Source: Octopus vulgaris (taxonomy: Eukaryota). From it: 64,000 nucleotides of DNA. The stretch lies in contig OX597816.1 of the NCBI GenBank assembly GCA_951406725.2, forward strand, positions 23,684,001 to 23,748,000. The letters run 5' to 3'. The notes below the pieces were generated by a model, which was not told where the DNA came from, made no database searches, and saw only the letters and a list, made by a program, of their open reading frames with translations. Positions within the stretch are counted from its first letter, which is position 1, and every line of letters starts with the position of its first letter. Shown in pieces: positions 25,948 to 40,213 of this stretch. The position numbers and the translations under genes are program-made.

Positions 25948-26166
25948 TATATAAATATATTGGCCTGCTCGCTTAGCCAGCGGGGTGGCGTCATTCGAAG
26001 GCTAAAACAATGCGAACGCATTGTGACCAGCGATGTGTAGCAACATCTGATGGTCTGGTCGGTCACGTGACGTTACGTGATATATATGTGTGTGTATGTA
26101 TGTATGAACATATATATATATATATACAGACACACACACACACACACACACACGTACGTATATATA

Positions 26167-26202
<36 letters not shown>

Positions 26203-26842
26203 TGTATGTATGTATGTATGTATGTATGTATTATGTAGGCAATATGATGTCGACATGAAGAGGAAGACAGGTGTAGAGTACAATCAGAAGTTGAAGAAAA
26301 AGGAGGCGGAGGAGGAAAGAGAGGAGGAAGAAGGAAAAGAATTACAACAGGCACCATCGGAAGTCAATATTTTTGCAGGTAGTTCTCTGTCGTTTGATTT
26401 TTGTCTTCTACAGTAATTTCTAGCAGTGAGAAAAATGGTGAGAGAGAGAGAGACATAGAAAGAAAGAGAGAGGGACAGAGAAGAGGTAGACATACATAAC
26501 TGACGTATAAACAGAAGCAGGAAGAGACACGGAGAAAGAGGGCGATGAAGGAGTAAGGGAATAACAAGCATGAGAAGCAGTGATAAAAGTGAATCAAACG
26601 TATACACTGAATTTTAAAAAACAAAAACAAGAATAAAGGAATATGCAAATGAGTTCAGGAAAAAATTACTTCACATGATATGCAACAGAAGCAACAAAAG
26701 CGAAGACGATGACAGCGATAGCAATAACAACAACAACAACAACTGCAGCGGCAACAAGTATACTGGCAGAAAAAAATTAAACCTAAATTAACTGAAAGAC
26801 TTGCTCTGCCATTTTGAAGATTGTTTGCTAATTAGTATTTAA

Positions 26843-26908
<66 letters not shown>

Positions 26909-27089
26909 GCGCAACACATACATACGTGCACATATATGCATATACTTGAAAAATGCAACAACTTAGGAAGGACATCCGTATGGCTGCGTATATATCCGTA
27001 TATATGATATATGCATAATATATGAGTGCGTATATACCTGTGTATAAACTATATATGTATATAGATATATATAAATATATATACATACA

Positions 27090-27135
<46 letters not shown>

Positions 27136-27142
27136 TACATAC

Positions 27143-27180
<38 letters not shown>

Positions 27181-28367
27181 GATTGTGTGAATCCATTATA
27201 TATCTATCTATATATTATACTGTATATTTGGATATATATATATATACAAACGTGAATATGTATCATATAGTGCGAGTATGTATCCATATATATACAATAC
27301 AATATAATATATATATATATACGTATATCTGTATACATATGTATGTGTGTGAGTTTATAAGTAAGTATGTATAAAGAAGACATATATTTCTTGTTATAGG
27401 CATTTTCATATCGAGTTCATTATTCATTTCCTACAGCCAAGCAAGAAACTCCTGCATACATACACACAAACTCATATATGCATACACACTAACGCATATA
27501 TACATACACCCAAATGCATACATGCATACATACATACACACACACAAAACCAGGTCAGAATACATACGTAGATACGTACGTACATACATCCGTGTTTTTA
27601 GTGCGTTTATTGACATGAAGGCATTTTACAGCATTCTTAGACCTTTAACTAATATTAACATTTATATGTCATCTTTATATTGTGTTTGTATATGTGCAGG
27701 TACAAATGTATATGCACTTATATGCATACACACATGCACACGTACACAAACATATATACGTATATGCATGTTTATGCTTATATATAAATATATATATATT
27801 AAACTATATATGTATGTGTGTATAGATATATATTCATACGCATATATATAATTATAAACACATACATATATATTTATAAACACATACATACATGCATAGA
27901 TACACACATTTCGGTATACACGTACGTATATGCATGTTTATGCTTATATATAAATATATATATTAAAATATATATGTATGTGTGTGTAGATATATATTCA
28001 TATGCATATATAGCATTATAAACACATGCATATATATTTATAAATATATCATATATATTTTAAACACATACATATATATTTATAAACACATGCATATATA
28101 TTTATAAACAGTTCATATATATTATAAACACATACATATATATTTATAAACATTTCATATATATTATAAACACATACATATATATATATTTATGAACACA
28201 TACATACATGCATAGATGCACACATATCGTTATACACGTACTTATTGAACGTTACAAACCTGGGTTCACAAGAAACGGAATTTTTTCAGCTTCGTATGCA
28301 ATTTACCTGTTAACATTTTCTGATTCTGCAGAGCAGGTCATTTATATCAATTTTATTTCGTGTGAGC

Positions 28368-28465
<98 letters not shown>

Positions 28466-28965
28466 TCGCAAACTTGAAATTTGGTATTCGGGAAAATATG
28501 AGAAAACGAGAAAACAGAAAGTTTTTTTTTTTCCTTTCCGAATTGTCTTTAAATTTTACTTTCATCTACTTTGACAGAGTTCATTGATTTTTCCGCATGA
28601 CTGTTTCGTTTTAAAAGCAAATATACATTTAAGTATGTCTCGGGTTATGTCGATTGAGGGCACATTAAAAGAAATAATTTGTGGGAAACTGGCGCACACA
28701 TAAACACGCAACAATATATTCTATTCTTTGCTTCTTTTACTTGTTTCAGTCATTTGACTGCAGCCATGCTGGAGCCCCGTCTGTAATCGAACAAATCGAC
28801 CTTAGGACTTATTTTTTGTAAGCCTAGTATTTATTCTATCGTTCTCTCTCGCCGAACAGCTACGTCACCGGGATACTAACATCGGTTGTCAGGCGATGGT
28901 GGGAGAGGGACAAACACAGATATACAAACATATATATAATATAAATAATATATATATATATATAA

Positions 28966-29044
<79 letters not shown>

Positions 29045-29045
<1 letters not shown>

Positions 29046-30480
29046 AGTTCAGCAAAAATTTAGATTCAAATGAATATGGTTCTTAATTTAGATGCACCAG
29101 AATTTTGAATGGTGTTATCCATAAAAATCCGTGGGGTGATTATAATCAAAATAAGTAACGAGAATGACTCCGATAATTTGGTACGATCGTTTCGTACAAC
29201 ATCATTTTATTAAATGTTGTAAGTATTACAACAGATTTAAGATGCTGAGTACTCATCAGCCAATTATAGAGGTTTTCCATTAATGAAAAAATTTTCAAAA
29301 CAAGTGGCAACATTATAGAGAATGTAGATATATAGACAAAGATGTGGATTTAAATATTAAAAACATATGAGGTAGTAGAGTCCACTGACTGACTAAAATC
29401 TGGTTGTTCTGACTGCTATAAGGTTAGAAGCAATAAAGATTTTTTAATTGTAGAAATGGGGTAAAAGGGGTTTCAGAACTCCATAAAAGGAATTCATGTT
29501 GGAGACAGCAATTGCCACTAACAAATGCCAATTACTGCTATTTGATGAGAGAACTAGGTCAGTGTTAAATGGTCCCAATACCATTAACAGAAAATGTAAT
29601 TTAGAGAAAAAAGGGAAAAAAGCTATCACTTATTATTATGAGTAGGCATAGTACTTTTTAACTGGTAGAAGGTCTTATTAATTTTAAAGCTAGATTAATT
29701 TTAGAAAAAAAGTCAATTTCAAGTTTGCAGGGAAGAAGTTTTTATAATCATCTATGAATGTTAAATAGAAAGCCAAAATCGGTATATTTCTTTTTATTTG
29801 ATTACAAAGAATTAAAATTTGAAAAATATAGGAATACTCATAAAATTATTATTTAAAGTATTTAAACGTCCGGGTTGTACAATGTATACAAGATAATCCC
29901 AACTCCAGACGGTTATTCAACAGATTTGTATTACTCTGATGTTTTAAAATTTCATAAGTTTCCTTAGAACAAAGTTGACAACCATCCCTACTATTTCTAA
30001 CTATATCCCATTTTAGGTTGAATTCTATATTATTTGTTTTTAGTTCCCAAATCTTGCTAGATAGTGTTGTGCAACCAGCCTTATGTCTGAGTCTAAAAGA
30101 GGAAAAATGATTGTTAAGACGTCTTTTAAGATCCACCGAACAACCGAAATAAAGAAAGCTATTGCTAGAAGTTATTATTGTGCATTTATAAATTACGTTT
30201 TGGACCGAACAACGACCGGATACCGGACATTTTGATCTAATCCTACAATTACAACTGGGGGGGATAGTGTCCGGTACTAGAATTATTTAAGGACAGTTCA
30301 CTTTCATTACTGCTATTAAAATTATTATTAGTATTAGTATTATTTTCATTATTACTAATCACGTTATTATACAAATTAGGGTTACTAGTTATTAATCCAT
30401 CCTCACCATCATCACCTACCATATTTTTATCTATACTATCTATATTATTGGTATTGTTATTATCACTATTTGCATCAATG

Positions 30481-30533
<53 letters not shown>

Positions 30534-30545
30534 GAAATCATCATT

Positions 30546-30576
<31 letters not shown>

Positions 30577-30590
30577 CCATTATTACCAAA
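29045..30590 (-). mobile_element. 3' portion of a Penelope-like element: Asn-rich linker, Cys motif, GIY-YIG domain, 3' UTR with hammerhead
   Basis: SCNCRIRSKCPVSGRCSVQNVIYKCTIITSSNSFLYFGCSVDLKRRLNNHFSSFRLRHKAGCTTLSSKIWELK...CQLCSKE...LLNNRLEL...CIH, ending at 29849. There is a frameshift in the homopolymer near 30260, and (TA)n lies on both sides. Confidence 0.85.
29174..29267 (-). ncRNA. Type I hammerhead ribozyme with extended stem II
   Basis: Minus RNA: AUAAUUGG CUGAUGA GUAC [~50-nt structured insert] GUAC GAAA CG AU CG UA CCAAAUUAU. The core is canonical, with a GUA cleavage triplet at 29182 and palindromic stem III ACGAUCGU. Confidence 0.8.
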
Positions 30591-30621
30591 TATATATATA
30601 TATATATGTATGTATATATAT

Positions 30622-30723
<102 letters not shown>

Positions 30724-31234
30724 ATTATTTAATTGAACGCCACGCACCCATTTCCAAGTATATATACGACGGGCCCCTTTCGGTTTCCGCCTAGCAAATC
30801 CACTCACAAGGCTTTGGTCAGCCCGTGCTATAGAAGAAGACACGTGCCCAAAGTGCCACGCAGTGGGAGGGAACCTGGAACCCTGTGGTTGCGAAGCAAG
30901 TTTCTTACCACACAACCACGCCTGCGCCTATAAACATACATATACATACATATTATATATATACAATCTGTTATATTTTACTTTTTCAGTCATTAGACTA
31001 CGACAATGCTGGAACACCGCCTGGCAGAATTAATCGACACCAGTACTTATTTAACTGAGCTCTTTTACCGAACAGCTAATCCACGGGTACGTAAACGAAG
31101 CAACACAGGTTGTAGCGGAGGGGTGAGGACAAAGAAAGACAGAAAGAGACACACGCACATATAGACATGCATACCCACACTCACACACACTCAAACACAC
31201 ACACACACACACACACATACACACACACACACAT

Positions 31235-31326
<92 letters not shown>

Positions 31327-31908
31327 TTATATTTATATATAAATACAAAATGGGACAAGAACGCAAAACATCCAGAGAGTTAGATGATACGAGAAAGGGA
31401 CAACTAAACATCCAGATAGATGATACAAAGAAAACAAGGGCGGGTCATTCGGAGTCTTCTTTCGTCAGTCGAGTTCCACATTATCTTTGCAATTTCATAT
31501 ACACATGACGGGATTCTTTCAGATTCCGCTTACCGAATCCACTCATTAGGCTTTGGTAAGCCCAAGGTTATAGGAAGAGACACTTACACGAGATGCCACC
31601 CAGTTTGACTGAACCTGGAACCATGTGGCCAGGAAGCAAGTTTCTTACCACACAGTCACGTGCTTTTAACACAGCGAACTGGCAGAATCGTTAAACATAC
31701 CGGACAAAATACTTTCTGCCATTTCGCTTATCTTTATGTTCTGAGTTCAAATTTCGCCGAGGTTGACTTTCCCTTTTATCTTTTCGGGATCGATAAAATA
31801 AGTATCAGTCGACAACTGGGGTCGATGTAATCAACTAGCCCCTAACCTGAAGTTACTGGCCATGTGCTGCAAAATTTGAAACCAATATATATATTGGTAT
31901 ATATATAA

Positions 31909-31954
<46 letters not shown>

Positions 31955-31956
31955 AT

Positions 31957-32119
31957 AGGCGTATGAGTGGCTGTGTGGTAAGTAGCTTGCTTACCAACCA
32001 CATGGTTTCGGGTTCAGTCCCACTGCGTGGCACCTTGGGTAAGTGTCTTCTACTATAGCCTCGGGCCGACCAAAGCCTTGTGAGTGGATTTGGTAGACGG
32101 AAACTGAAAGAAGCCCGTC

Positions 32120-32176
<57 letters not shown>

Positions 32177-32379
32177 GTGTGTGTGCGTGTTTGTGTGTCT
32201 GTGTTTGTCCCCCCAACATCGCTTGTGTGTTTACGTCCCCGTAACTTAGCGGTTCGGCAAAAAGAGACCGATAAAATAAGTACTGGGCTTACAAAGACTA
32301 AGTCCTGGGGTCGATTTGATCGACTAAAGGTGGTGCTCCAGCATGGCCACAGTCACATGACTGAAACAAGTAAAAGAGA

Positions 32380-32380
<1 letters not shown>
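31957..32380 (+). mobile_element. SINE family B, full-length reference copy
   Basis: tRNA-like head (TGGCTGTGTGG...GGTTCAGTCCC), CORE-like GGCACCTTGGG.AAGTGTCTT, internal (TA)n(TG)n and tail GACTGAAACAAGTAAAAGAG. Confidence 0.85.
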
Positions 32381-32422
<42 letters not shown>

Positions 32423-32599
32423 CAAAATCGAACACACATACACAAGGTGTGTGTGCGTTGTTAGTTCATGGGTCGGCTGTGTTTTAGGAGCAAGAGACTA
32501 AATTCTCAATGCACCTGGTGCTAAAAATACCTGAAAGTATGTCATAGGCAAGCGAGAAAGCTCATGTCAGGTCCCTTCTCAGAGTAACATTGATGTTTA

Positions 32600-32985
32600 T
32601 CTCTCTCTATATAAATGGCAGTTTGTCTGTGTGTGTTTCTGTGTGTCTGTTAGGTTGTACCCTCACCCTGACCACGGCTTTCAACCGATTCTGATGAAAC
32701 TTGACATACACATAGCCCAATGTCATAATTCAAAACTAACGCAGCGAAAATTTTGAAAAGTTCCCCCAGTTCTGAAAAAGATCGATAAATTCGACATGGG
32801 GTCGACAATCAGAAACACAAACCACAGATGGTCTAGGGGAAGCAACTCGACCTTTTTAACTATCAAAAAAAAATTTACCATCATTTTTTTTCCCATTTAT
32901 TTGCTATTTTTTGGCTATAACTCTCTAAAAATGCTTTATAGTTATTTCCCTTACAAACCCGAGCAACGCCGGGCGATACTGCTAG
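32600..32985 (+). mobile_element. Non-autonomous Helitron
   Basis: A|TC start, 3' hairpin CCCGAGCAACGCCGGG and CTAG|T end. The 5' part matches 59710-59977 and the 3' part matches 15594-15660. Confidence 0.85.
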
Positions 32986-33414
32986 TATATATATAAACAT
33001 ATATTTCTTTCTGCCATTCTCTCTCATCTCTGTGTATTTTGTGGGGAGTATATGTGTAGGGAACACATTCCATTCTCACACGTTTTCTTTACCGCTTCAT
33101 ACCTTCACATGCATACATATAGAAATATACCTTCACTACTAGCAAAGGAAAAATTTCGTTCACACGTAGGACAAAATGTTTAGCGGCCATTTCAAAATTC
33201 CACCTAAGTCGACTTTGCCGTTCATTTTCCGTGATCGATAAAATAAATATCAGTTGAGCGCTGGGGTCGATGTAATAGACTAGCCCTTACCTCCCAAATT
33301 CCAAGCCTTATTCCTGCAGTAGAAATAATTATTAGTGACACAAGTAGTAAAAATTAGCGATTTGTACACATAAATGAACATACATAAATGCACGCAAACA
33401 CACACACACATACA

Positions 33415-33450
<36 letters not shown>

Positions 33451-33519
33451 TATATGTGTATATATATATGTATATATATATGTCAACATATATAAATATA
33501 TGTATAAATAATATATGTA

Positions 33520-33579
<60 letters not shown>

Positions 33580-33604
33580 TTTATACGCTCACACACACAC
33601 ACAC

Positions 33605-33739
<135 letters not shown>

Positions 33740-34621
33740 TAAAACCCAGTCGCATTTTCCAACTCGAACGTTCTTCCAGTAATCAACCTCCCAGTAGAAA
33801 TGTATTGGAAAAGATTTACGGATGATATAATTTCCTTTGAAGTTTAATTAAGGTCACATAATTATAAATCATTATGGAAACAGTAAACTGGTTGCAAATA
33901 TTTCAAATTACCATTTTTGATTTGTCTACGAAATTTCACCACGAAAATCTTTAAATTGTTAATATTGCTTACAAACACACACACACACACACATACTGCT
34001 CTATGAACTGTTAACAGCTGATCATTATGATAAGTATATTACCTTATATGTGTGCGTATGTGAGTGCCTGCTTGTGTAGGCGTGCGTATATATTCTTTAC
34101 TGTTTTACTTGTTTCAGTCATTTGACTGTGACCATGCTGGAGCACCGCCTTTAGTCAAGCAAATCGACCCCAGGACTTATTTTTTGTAAGCCTTGTACTT
34201 ATTCTATCAGTCTCTTTTGCCGAACCGCTAAGTTACGGGGACGTAAGCGCACCAGCATCGGTTGTCAAGCGATGTTGGGGGGACAAACACAAACACACAA
34301 ACATATACACACACACATACATATATATATATACGATGGGCTCCTTTCAGTTTCCGTGTACCAAATCCACTCACAAGGCTTTGGTCAGCCTGAGGCTATA
34401 GTAGAAGACAGTTGCCCAAGGTGCCGCGCAGTGGGACTAAACCCAGAACCATGTGGTTGGTAAGCAAGCTACTTACCACACAGTCACTCCTCCGCCTATG
34501 TGTGCTTATAATTAGAGATTTAGGCTGCAGTTTGTTGATGGTCATCATATTCATTTCAGCCATCGTTCTTCATCTACTTGTGATCGAAGGATCATTCGTA
34601 TCTAGCTTTAAAAGCTTGTTC

Positions 34622-34855
34622 TGTTGTGTCTGAGAAGAGTCATTATCTTCTGCTGCCTTATAATGTAACACGCTCACCGGTAAAATTTCCACTTATTTCT
34701 TATTTTCATTTTCCTAAAATTTTCGTTGCGTCTTGCAACCTTTTCAATAGTCTTGACTTTTAGGAAAATAAAAATAAGAAATAAGTAGAAATTTTACCGG
34801 TGTGTGTGTTAAATTATAAAGCACAAAAAGACAATGACTCTCCCCAGACACAACA
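34622..34855. repeat. ~98-bp inverted repeat (PLE-like fold-back) enclosing a hammerhead-like motif
   Basis: 34622-34719 pairs with 34758-34855. The minus strand at 34714-34750 reads CUA UUGAAAA G GUUGC AAGAC GCAAC GAAA AU UU UAG. Confidence 0.7.
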
Positions 34856-35955
34856 TAATATGCTTCAACAAACGAACTCATATAAAGAATCTTGCAAACC
34901 AAATCCAAAAACGAAATTTAAAAGCTTGTTTTATCATGGTTTCAAATTTTGATACCGACAGTTTTTCATAGAAAGAGATAAGTCGCTTACTTGAATCCCA
35001 CAGCATGACTGTTATTTGTTTCATCGACCCCGAAATGATAAAAAGCAATGTCGACTTCGGCGTAATTTGAACTCAGAACGTAAAGATGCCGCTGAATATT
35101 TTGCCCGGCGTGCTAACGATTTCGCCAGCTCACCGTCTTTAAATCAAAAACTTATTATTGCTTTCAAGTTCTGGTTAAAGGCCAGCAAGTGGGAGTGGGG
35201 GCTAAGTTGATTACAGCAACCGCCAGTGCTCAACTGGTACTTATTCTATCTACTTCGAAAGCATGAAAGGCAAAGGTGATCTCGGAGAAATTTGAACCCA
35301 AAACAAATGATGTGCCGCTAGGTATTTTGCCCGGCGAGTTAATGTTTCTTATTTCTTTATTGCCCACAAGGGGCTAAACATAGAAGGGAAAAACCAGGAC
35401 AGACAAAGGGGTTAAGTCGATTACATCGACCCCAGTGCCTAACTAGTACTTAATTTATCGACCCCGAAAGGATGAAAGGCAAAGCCGACCTCGGCGGATT
35501 TGAACTCAGAACGTAATGGCAGACGAAATACAGCTAAGCATTTCGCCTGGCGTGCTAACGTTTCTTATTTCGTTATTGCCCACAAGGGGCTAAACATAGA
35601 GAAAACAAACAAGGACAGACAAAGAGAATAAGTCTATTACATCGACCCCAGTGCGATTACATCGACCCCATATTAAAAATGACGAAATTTGTAAAATATT
35701 TAAGAGGTGATAAATATAATTTTCTTAAATTCCTTTTTATTTTGGCATTTTTATTTACATCCTCATATTCTCATTAGCAACAGTCATCATGCAAACTCTA
35801 AGGTCTGGCTGTGTGGTAAGAAGTTTGCTTCTCAACCACATTGTTCCGGCTACAGTCCCACTGTGTGGCACCTTGGGCAAGTGTCTACTACTATATCGTC
35901 GGGCCGACCGAATCCTTGGTAGACGGAAACTGAAAAGAAACCTGCCGTATGTAAG

Positions 35956-36006
<51 letters not shown>

Positions 36007-37268
36007 ACGTATGCATGCTTGTCCCTTCGACACCACTTGACAACCGGTGTTGTGTTTACATCACCGTAACGTAGCGGTTCGGCAAAAAAGACCGATAAAA
36101 TAAGAATTAGGGTTTTTAAAAAATACATCTTGGGATCGATTTGTTCGACTAGAACCTTTCAAGGCGGTGCCCCAGCATGGCCGCAGTCAAATGACTAAGG
36201 CAAGCAAAAGATAAAAACAATACCTCGCAGTTTCAGAAGAAGTACACCATCACAATTTTCTTCAGCACTTTCTTCAGATTAAACATGTCGGTATTTCATG
36301 ATATTTCATATTTTTGAATTATTAACAATTTACAGACCTTTTAGAGAAGGAAAAAGTGAAGATTAAAGAAGCACTTTAAAATTTCAAGTAGAAAATAAAT
36401 ATTTTAATTTGAATGAAATACAATAAATATTTAGCCGAAATACAATAAAATAAGAATGCTTTAAAGAAAATCAAAGATTTATTAAGAATTATTATTCATT
36501 TTGAAAAAGCGTCTTAAGTTAAACAAAGAGTATTTCAGTAAATTTTCAGACAGACTTAATCTCAGCTGAAAAAAAAAAGATGTTTCCAATTTTATAAAAT
36601 ATGAAGAATTTCTTACCTTTCACCCTAAAATTTCAAATACTTCGATATTAAACTGAATAATGGATAGGGGCATTGGGTATGTATGCATGTATGTATGTAT
36701 GTATGTATGTATGTATGTATGTATGTATGTATGTATGTATGTATGTATGTGAGTGTATACGTGTTTGTATGTATGCATTATGTAAGTATGTATGATACAA
36801 GGCTCTATGTTTGGAATGTAGTTAACACAGACAAATTCACATTTGGAAATTGAGAAAAGTCTTACATATTTTTATTGTTCCACTCACAGATTGCACTTTT
36901 GCGAATCAGCCGGTCGATTTCTCTTTCTGAAAATCCCAGTTTATCTAGATTCTCCTTTAAGCATTTACTAACAAAACCTGTGTGAGTGGCTGTGTGGTAA
37001 GTAGCTTGCTTACGAACCACATGGTTCCGAGTTCAGTCCCACTGCGTGGCACCTTGGGAAGGTGTCTTCTACTATAGCCTCAGGCCGACCAAAGCCTTGT
37101 GAGGGGATTTGGTAGACGGAAACTGAAAGAAGCCCATCGTATATATATATGTATATATATATATATACCACTTGATGTGACCCTCGGGCGTCAGTCTGCC
37201 GATTGGCATCGTCGTGTGGAGTCATGCTACCACGTAGTACGTCTTTGTTTCTTAATGCTTCTCTTACG

Positions 37269-37410
37269 ATGGCTGAAACGAAGGAACAGCGTGCTTCCGT
37301 GAAATTCTGTTTTCTCTTGAGGAAAACGGCGGCCAAAACAGTTGTCATGCTTCAAACAGTTTACAAGGACGCTGCCATGAGCAAAACACAAGTTTACATG
37401 TAGTTTTCAC
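37269..37410 (+). pseudogene. Mariner transposase N-terminal HTH fragment
   Basis: MAETKEQRASVKFCFLLRKTAAKTVVMLQTVYKDAAMSKTQVYM*F matches EQRxxIKFCFxLGKxAxETxxMLxxAYxxxAxSxxQVxxWF. Confidence 0.8.
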
Positions 37411-37411
37411 T

Positions 37412-37705
37412 GGCACTCCTTCGGTTACGAAGACGGGGGTTGGTTTTAGTTGATATGATCAGCGGAACAGCCTGGTCGTGGATTTAACCTGCAAGTGGCT
37501 GAGCACTCCACAGATACGTCTACCCTTAAAGTAGTTCTCAAGATTTAGCTTGACACAGAATATGACAAGGCTGGCCCTTTGAAATACAGGTACAACTCAT
37601 TTTTACTAGTTGAGTGAAATAAAGTACACAGTGCGCTGCTAGGTATTGAAATCATGACCTTACAATCGTGAACTGAATAACCTAACCACTTAGCAGCGCG
37701 CCTTC
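37412..37705 (-). mobile_element. Diverged tRNA-derived SINE (fourth family)
   Basis: Minus head AAGGCGCGCTGCTAAGTGGTTAGG...TTTCAATACC. The body differs from families A-C. Confidence 0.5.
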
Positions 37706-37899
37706 ACTAAGCTCCTACAACGGTAGGGTTGATGCAATTTTCCCAACGCTTTGGTGTGATTATGATATGTAGTCCATGTCTCAGGAGAGTATAATAGAGG
37801 TGTTAAAGCTCAAAATTTATACACCAAACATTATTTCGAGCTTTCCATAAGCTTTTACTGGCCTTTTCGATTCTCTGATTTATTTCAGAATCAAGAAAT

Positions 37900-38260
37900 C
37901 TATCTCAAGAGAGAGTACTGCCAATGTAGACAAAAGAGACGATCATATTCAGTCTTATTTTGTGGACGAAGATATTAGGACGATATAGGGTTAACCTGGA
38001 GGCAGGGTGAGAACATAATGATTGATTGTTTTCTTCAGACTGGTGTTAAGTTCAAAAGCAGCGCATGCTCCAGAGAAGAGATCTGTTATAGTTTGCATGT
38101 CTTCCTCACTATGAGCAACGAGAACTGTATCGTCAGCAGAAAGGAGCTCACAAAAAAAGCCCTGGAAATCTTTGATTTTGCGTCGAAGCCTATTAGATCA
38201 AAAATTTTACCTGTAGTTCTGAATTGAATGTAGACATTGCCTTCTTAAAAAGCGTAAGAC
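37900..38260 (-). pseudogene. RTE-clade reverse transcriptase fragment
   Basis: GNVYIQFRTTGKIFDL...ELLSADDTVLVAHSEEDMQTITDLFSGACAAFELNTSLKKT matches the RTE/BovB pattern RTDGKLFN...LLFADDxALVAHS...FGLxISLKKT. Not in the ORF track. Confidence 0.8.
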
Positions 38261-38300
38261 AGTTACAGCAATATATATATATATATATATGCACACACGC

Positions 38301-38385
<85 letters not shown>

Positions 38386-38467
38386 CAGACAGATAGTATG
38401 AGAGGAAGTCAGTATTTGTGTAGACCAGTGTTTCTACTTGTATACATATACTCATTTACACACACAT

Positions 38468-38540
<73 letters not shown>

Positions 38541-38962
38541 GTTTACGTTCCAATAGAAGAAATAAAATATATATTTCGACTGTAGATTTGACAATCGATA
38601 CGGTGTAAGCCATCTACAATGACATATGATCAATACTTTATATATTTTTTTATTGTTTGGTTTTGGGGTTTTTTTCTTCTCCACGCTATCTATTCCATCT
38701 CTTTACATGTCTTCATAAAAGATCTAAAAATGCTGCAGGTCGAAAACAAGGGACTAGACGTGTTGAAGTGTTTTACGTACGAGAATATTACAATTCCCAT
38801 CAAAGATGGCATGTTTTAGAAATTCCTGCTTATTATTATCTAATTCTTATTAGCATATATTCATAAGCAGCAAATTATAAATAAGACACAGATATTCACA
38901 CACGCGCCCACACTCAAACACACAGCTATATATTTATATGTAATTATTATCATTATTGTTAT

Positions 38963-39519
38963 TGAGTGAGAGAGCAGTACATGCCATCAAAGTGACACTG
39001 GGGTAAAATATACGAAGCCCAGTATACCCATCATGACTAACCGTCTGATAAGGGTACACCAGGCACATGCAGCACAACCATATGTGCGCGACATGGTGAT
39101 CTCATATCAAGAAAAACAGCACATGACCTTGCAGGTGGGGCCCAGGTAGAGTTTTCTTCTGGTCAAGTAGCCCATCCCACTCAAAAGGTGCCTGAATAAA
39201 GATTGTTTAAGGATGTTGAACGAAACACCCATGTTTCCAATGATGAAATATCCAAACCTCTAAGAATTCCTTTCAACATACAGCTATGATGCTCCCCCAC
39301 TTCTTCTGCTCGTGGTCAGAGATGCAAATATCGTCAGCTACTAAGGGATATGGTCAACTGGTTAAGGCCAAACAACTGACAAGCAAATCTGTGGTATTGA
39401 GCAGAATATTTGCTGTAGCCCATCTTTTATACAAAGACAAAACAATGTACATGAAAACACTTCCAATCAGTTAAGATCAGAAGTCACGAGAGCCACTGCC
39501 TGGTACTGCATCAGGGCAT
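38963..39519 (-). mobile_element. ~557-bp (TAA)n-flanked element, copy 2
   Basis: Reverse complement of 13788-14344, somewhat more diverged. Confidence 0.85.
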
Positions 39520-39537
39520 TTATCATTATTATTATTA

Positions 39538-39598
<61 letters not shown>

Positions 39599-39622
39599 CA
39601 TTCAGTTTTTATTTTTATAGCG

Positions 39623-39742
39623 TGCTTTCACTTCACTACCGAGCGCAGCTCTGTGTGCCTTGGGTATGTGCTGTGATTTGTTGTGATGTCCCAGCACATA
39701 CCCAAGGCACACAGAGCTGCGCTCGGTAGGGAAGTGAAAGTG
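39623..39742. repeat. Near-perfect 50-bp stem, 18-nt loop hairpin between (TTA)n tracts
   Basis: GCTTTCACTTCACTACCGAGCGCAGCTCTGTGTGCCTTGGGTATGTGCTG pairs with CAGCACATACCCAAGGCACACAGAGCTGCGCTCGGTAGGGAAGTGAAAGT, with one mismatch. Confidence 0.9.
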
Positions 39743-39773
39743 TCCCTTATTATTATTATTATTATTATTACTA

Positions 39774-39808
<35 letters not shown>

Positions 39809-39988
39809 GGTATTTCGTCTGTCTACGTTCTGAGTTCAAATTCCGCCGAGTTCGACTTTGCCTTTCATCCTTTCGGGGTCGATAAATTAAGTACCAGCTA
39901 CGCACTGGGGTCGATGTAATCGACTTAATCCTTTTGTCTGGCCTTGTTTGTCCTCTCTGTGTTTAGCCCCTTGTGGGTAGTAAAGAAA

Positions 39989-40057
<69 letters not shown>

Positions 40058-40079
40058 CATCATTATTATTATCATTATA

Positions 40080-40114
<35 letters not shown>

Positions 40115-40160
40115 CATTATTATTATCATTATAATTATTATTATTATTATTATCATTATA

Positions 40161-40213
<53 letters not shown>

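Noticed and set aside
26256-26380. Possible exon MKRKTGVEYNQKLKKKEAEEE...IFAG followed by GT
   Set aside because: Purine-rich low-complexity sequence with no recognisable domain or partner exons.
31440-31475. CUGACGA or CUGAAGA followed by CGAAUG, here and at 62157
   Set aside because: GAAU replaces GAAA and I find no consistent stems, so it is not called a ribozyme.
33812-33900. Degenerate hammerhead-like GGAUGA...GAAACAGUAAACUG
   Set aside because: The core and stem I carry several mismatches.
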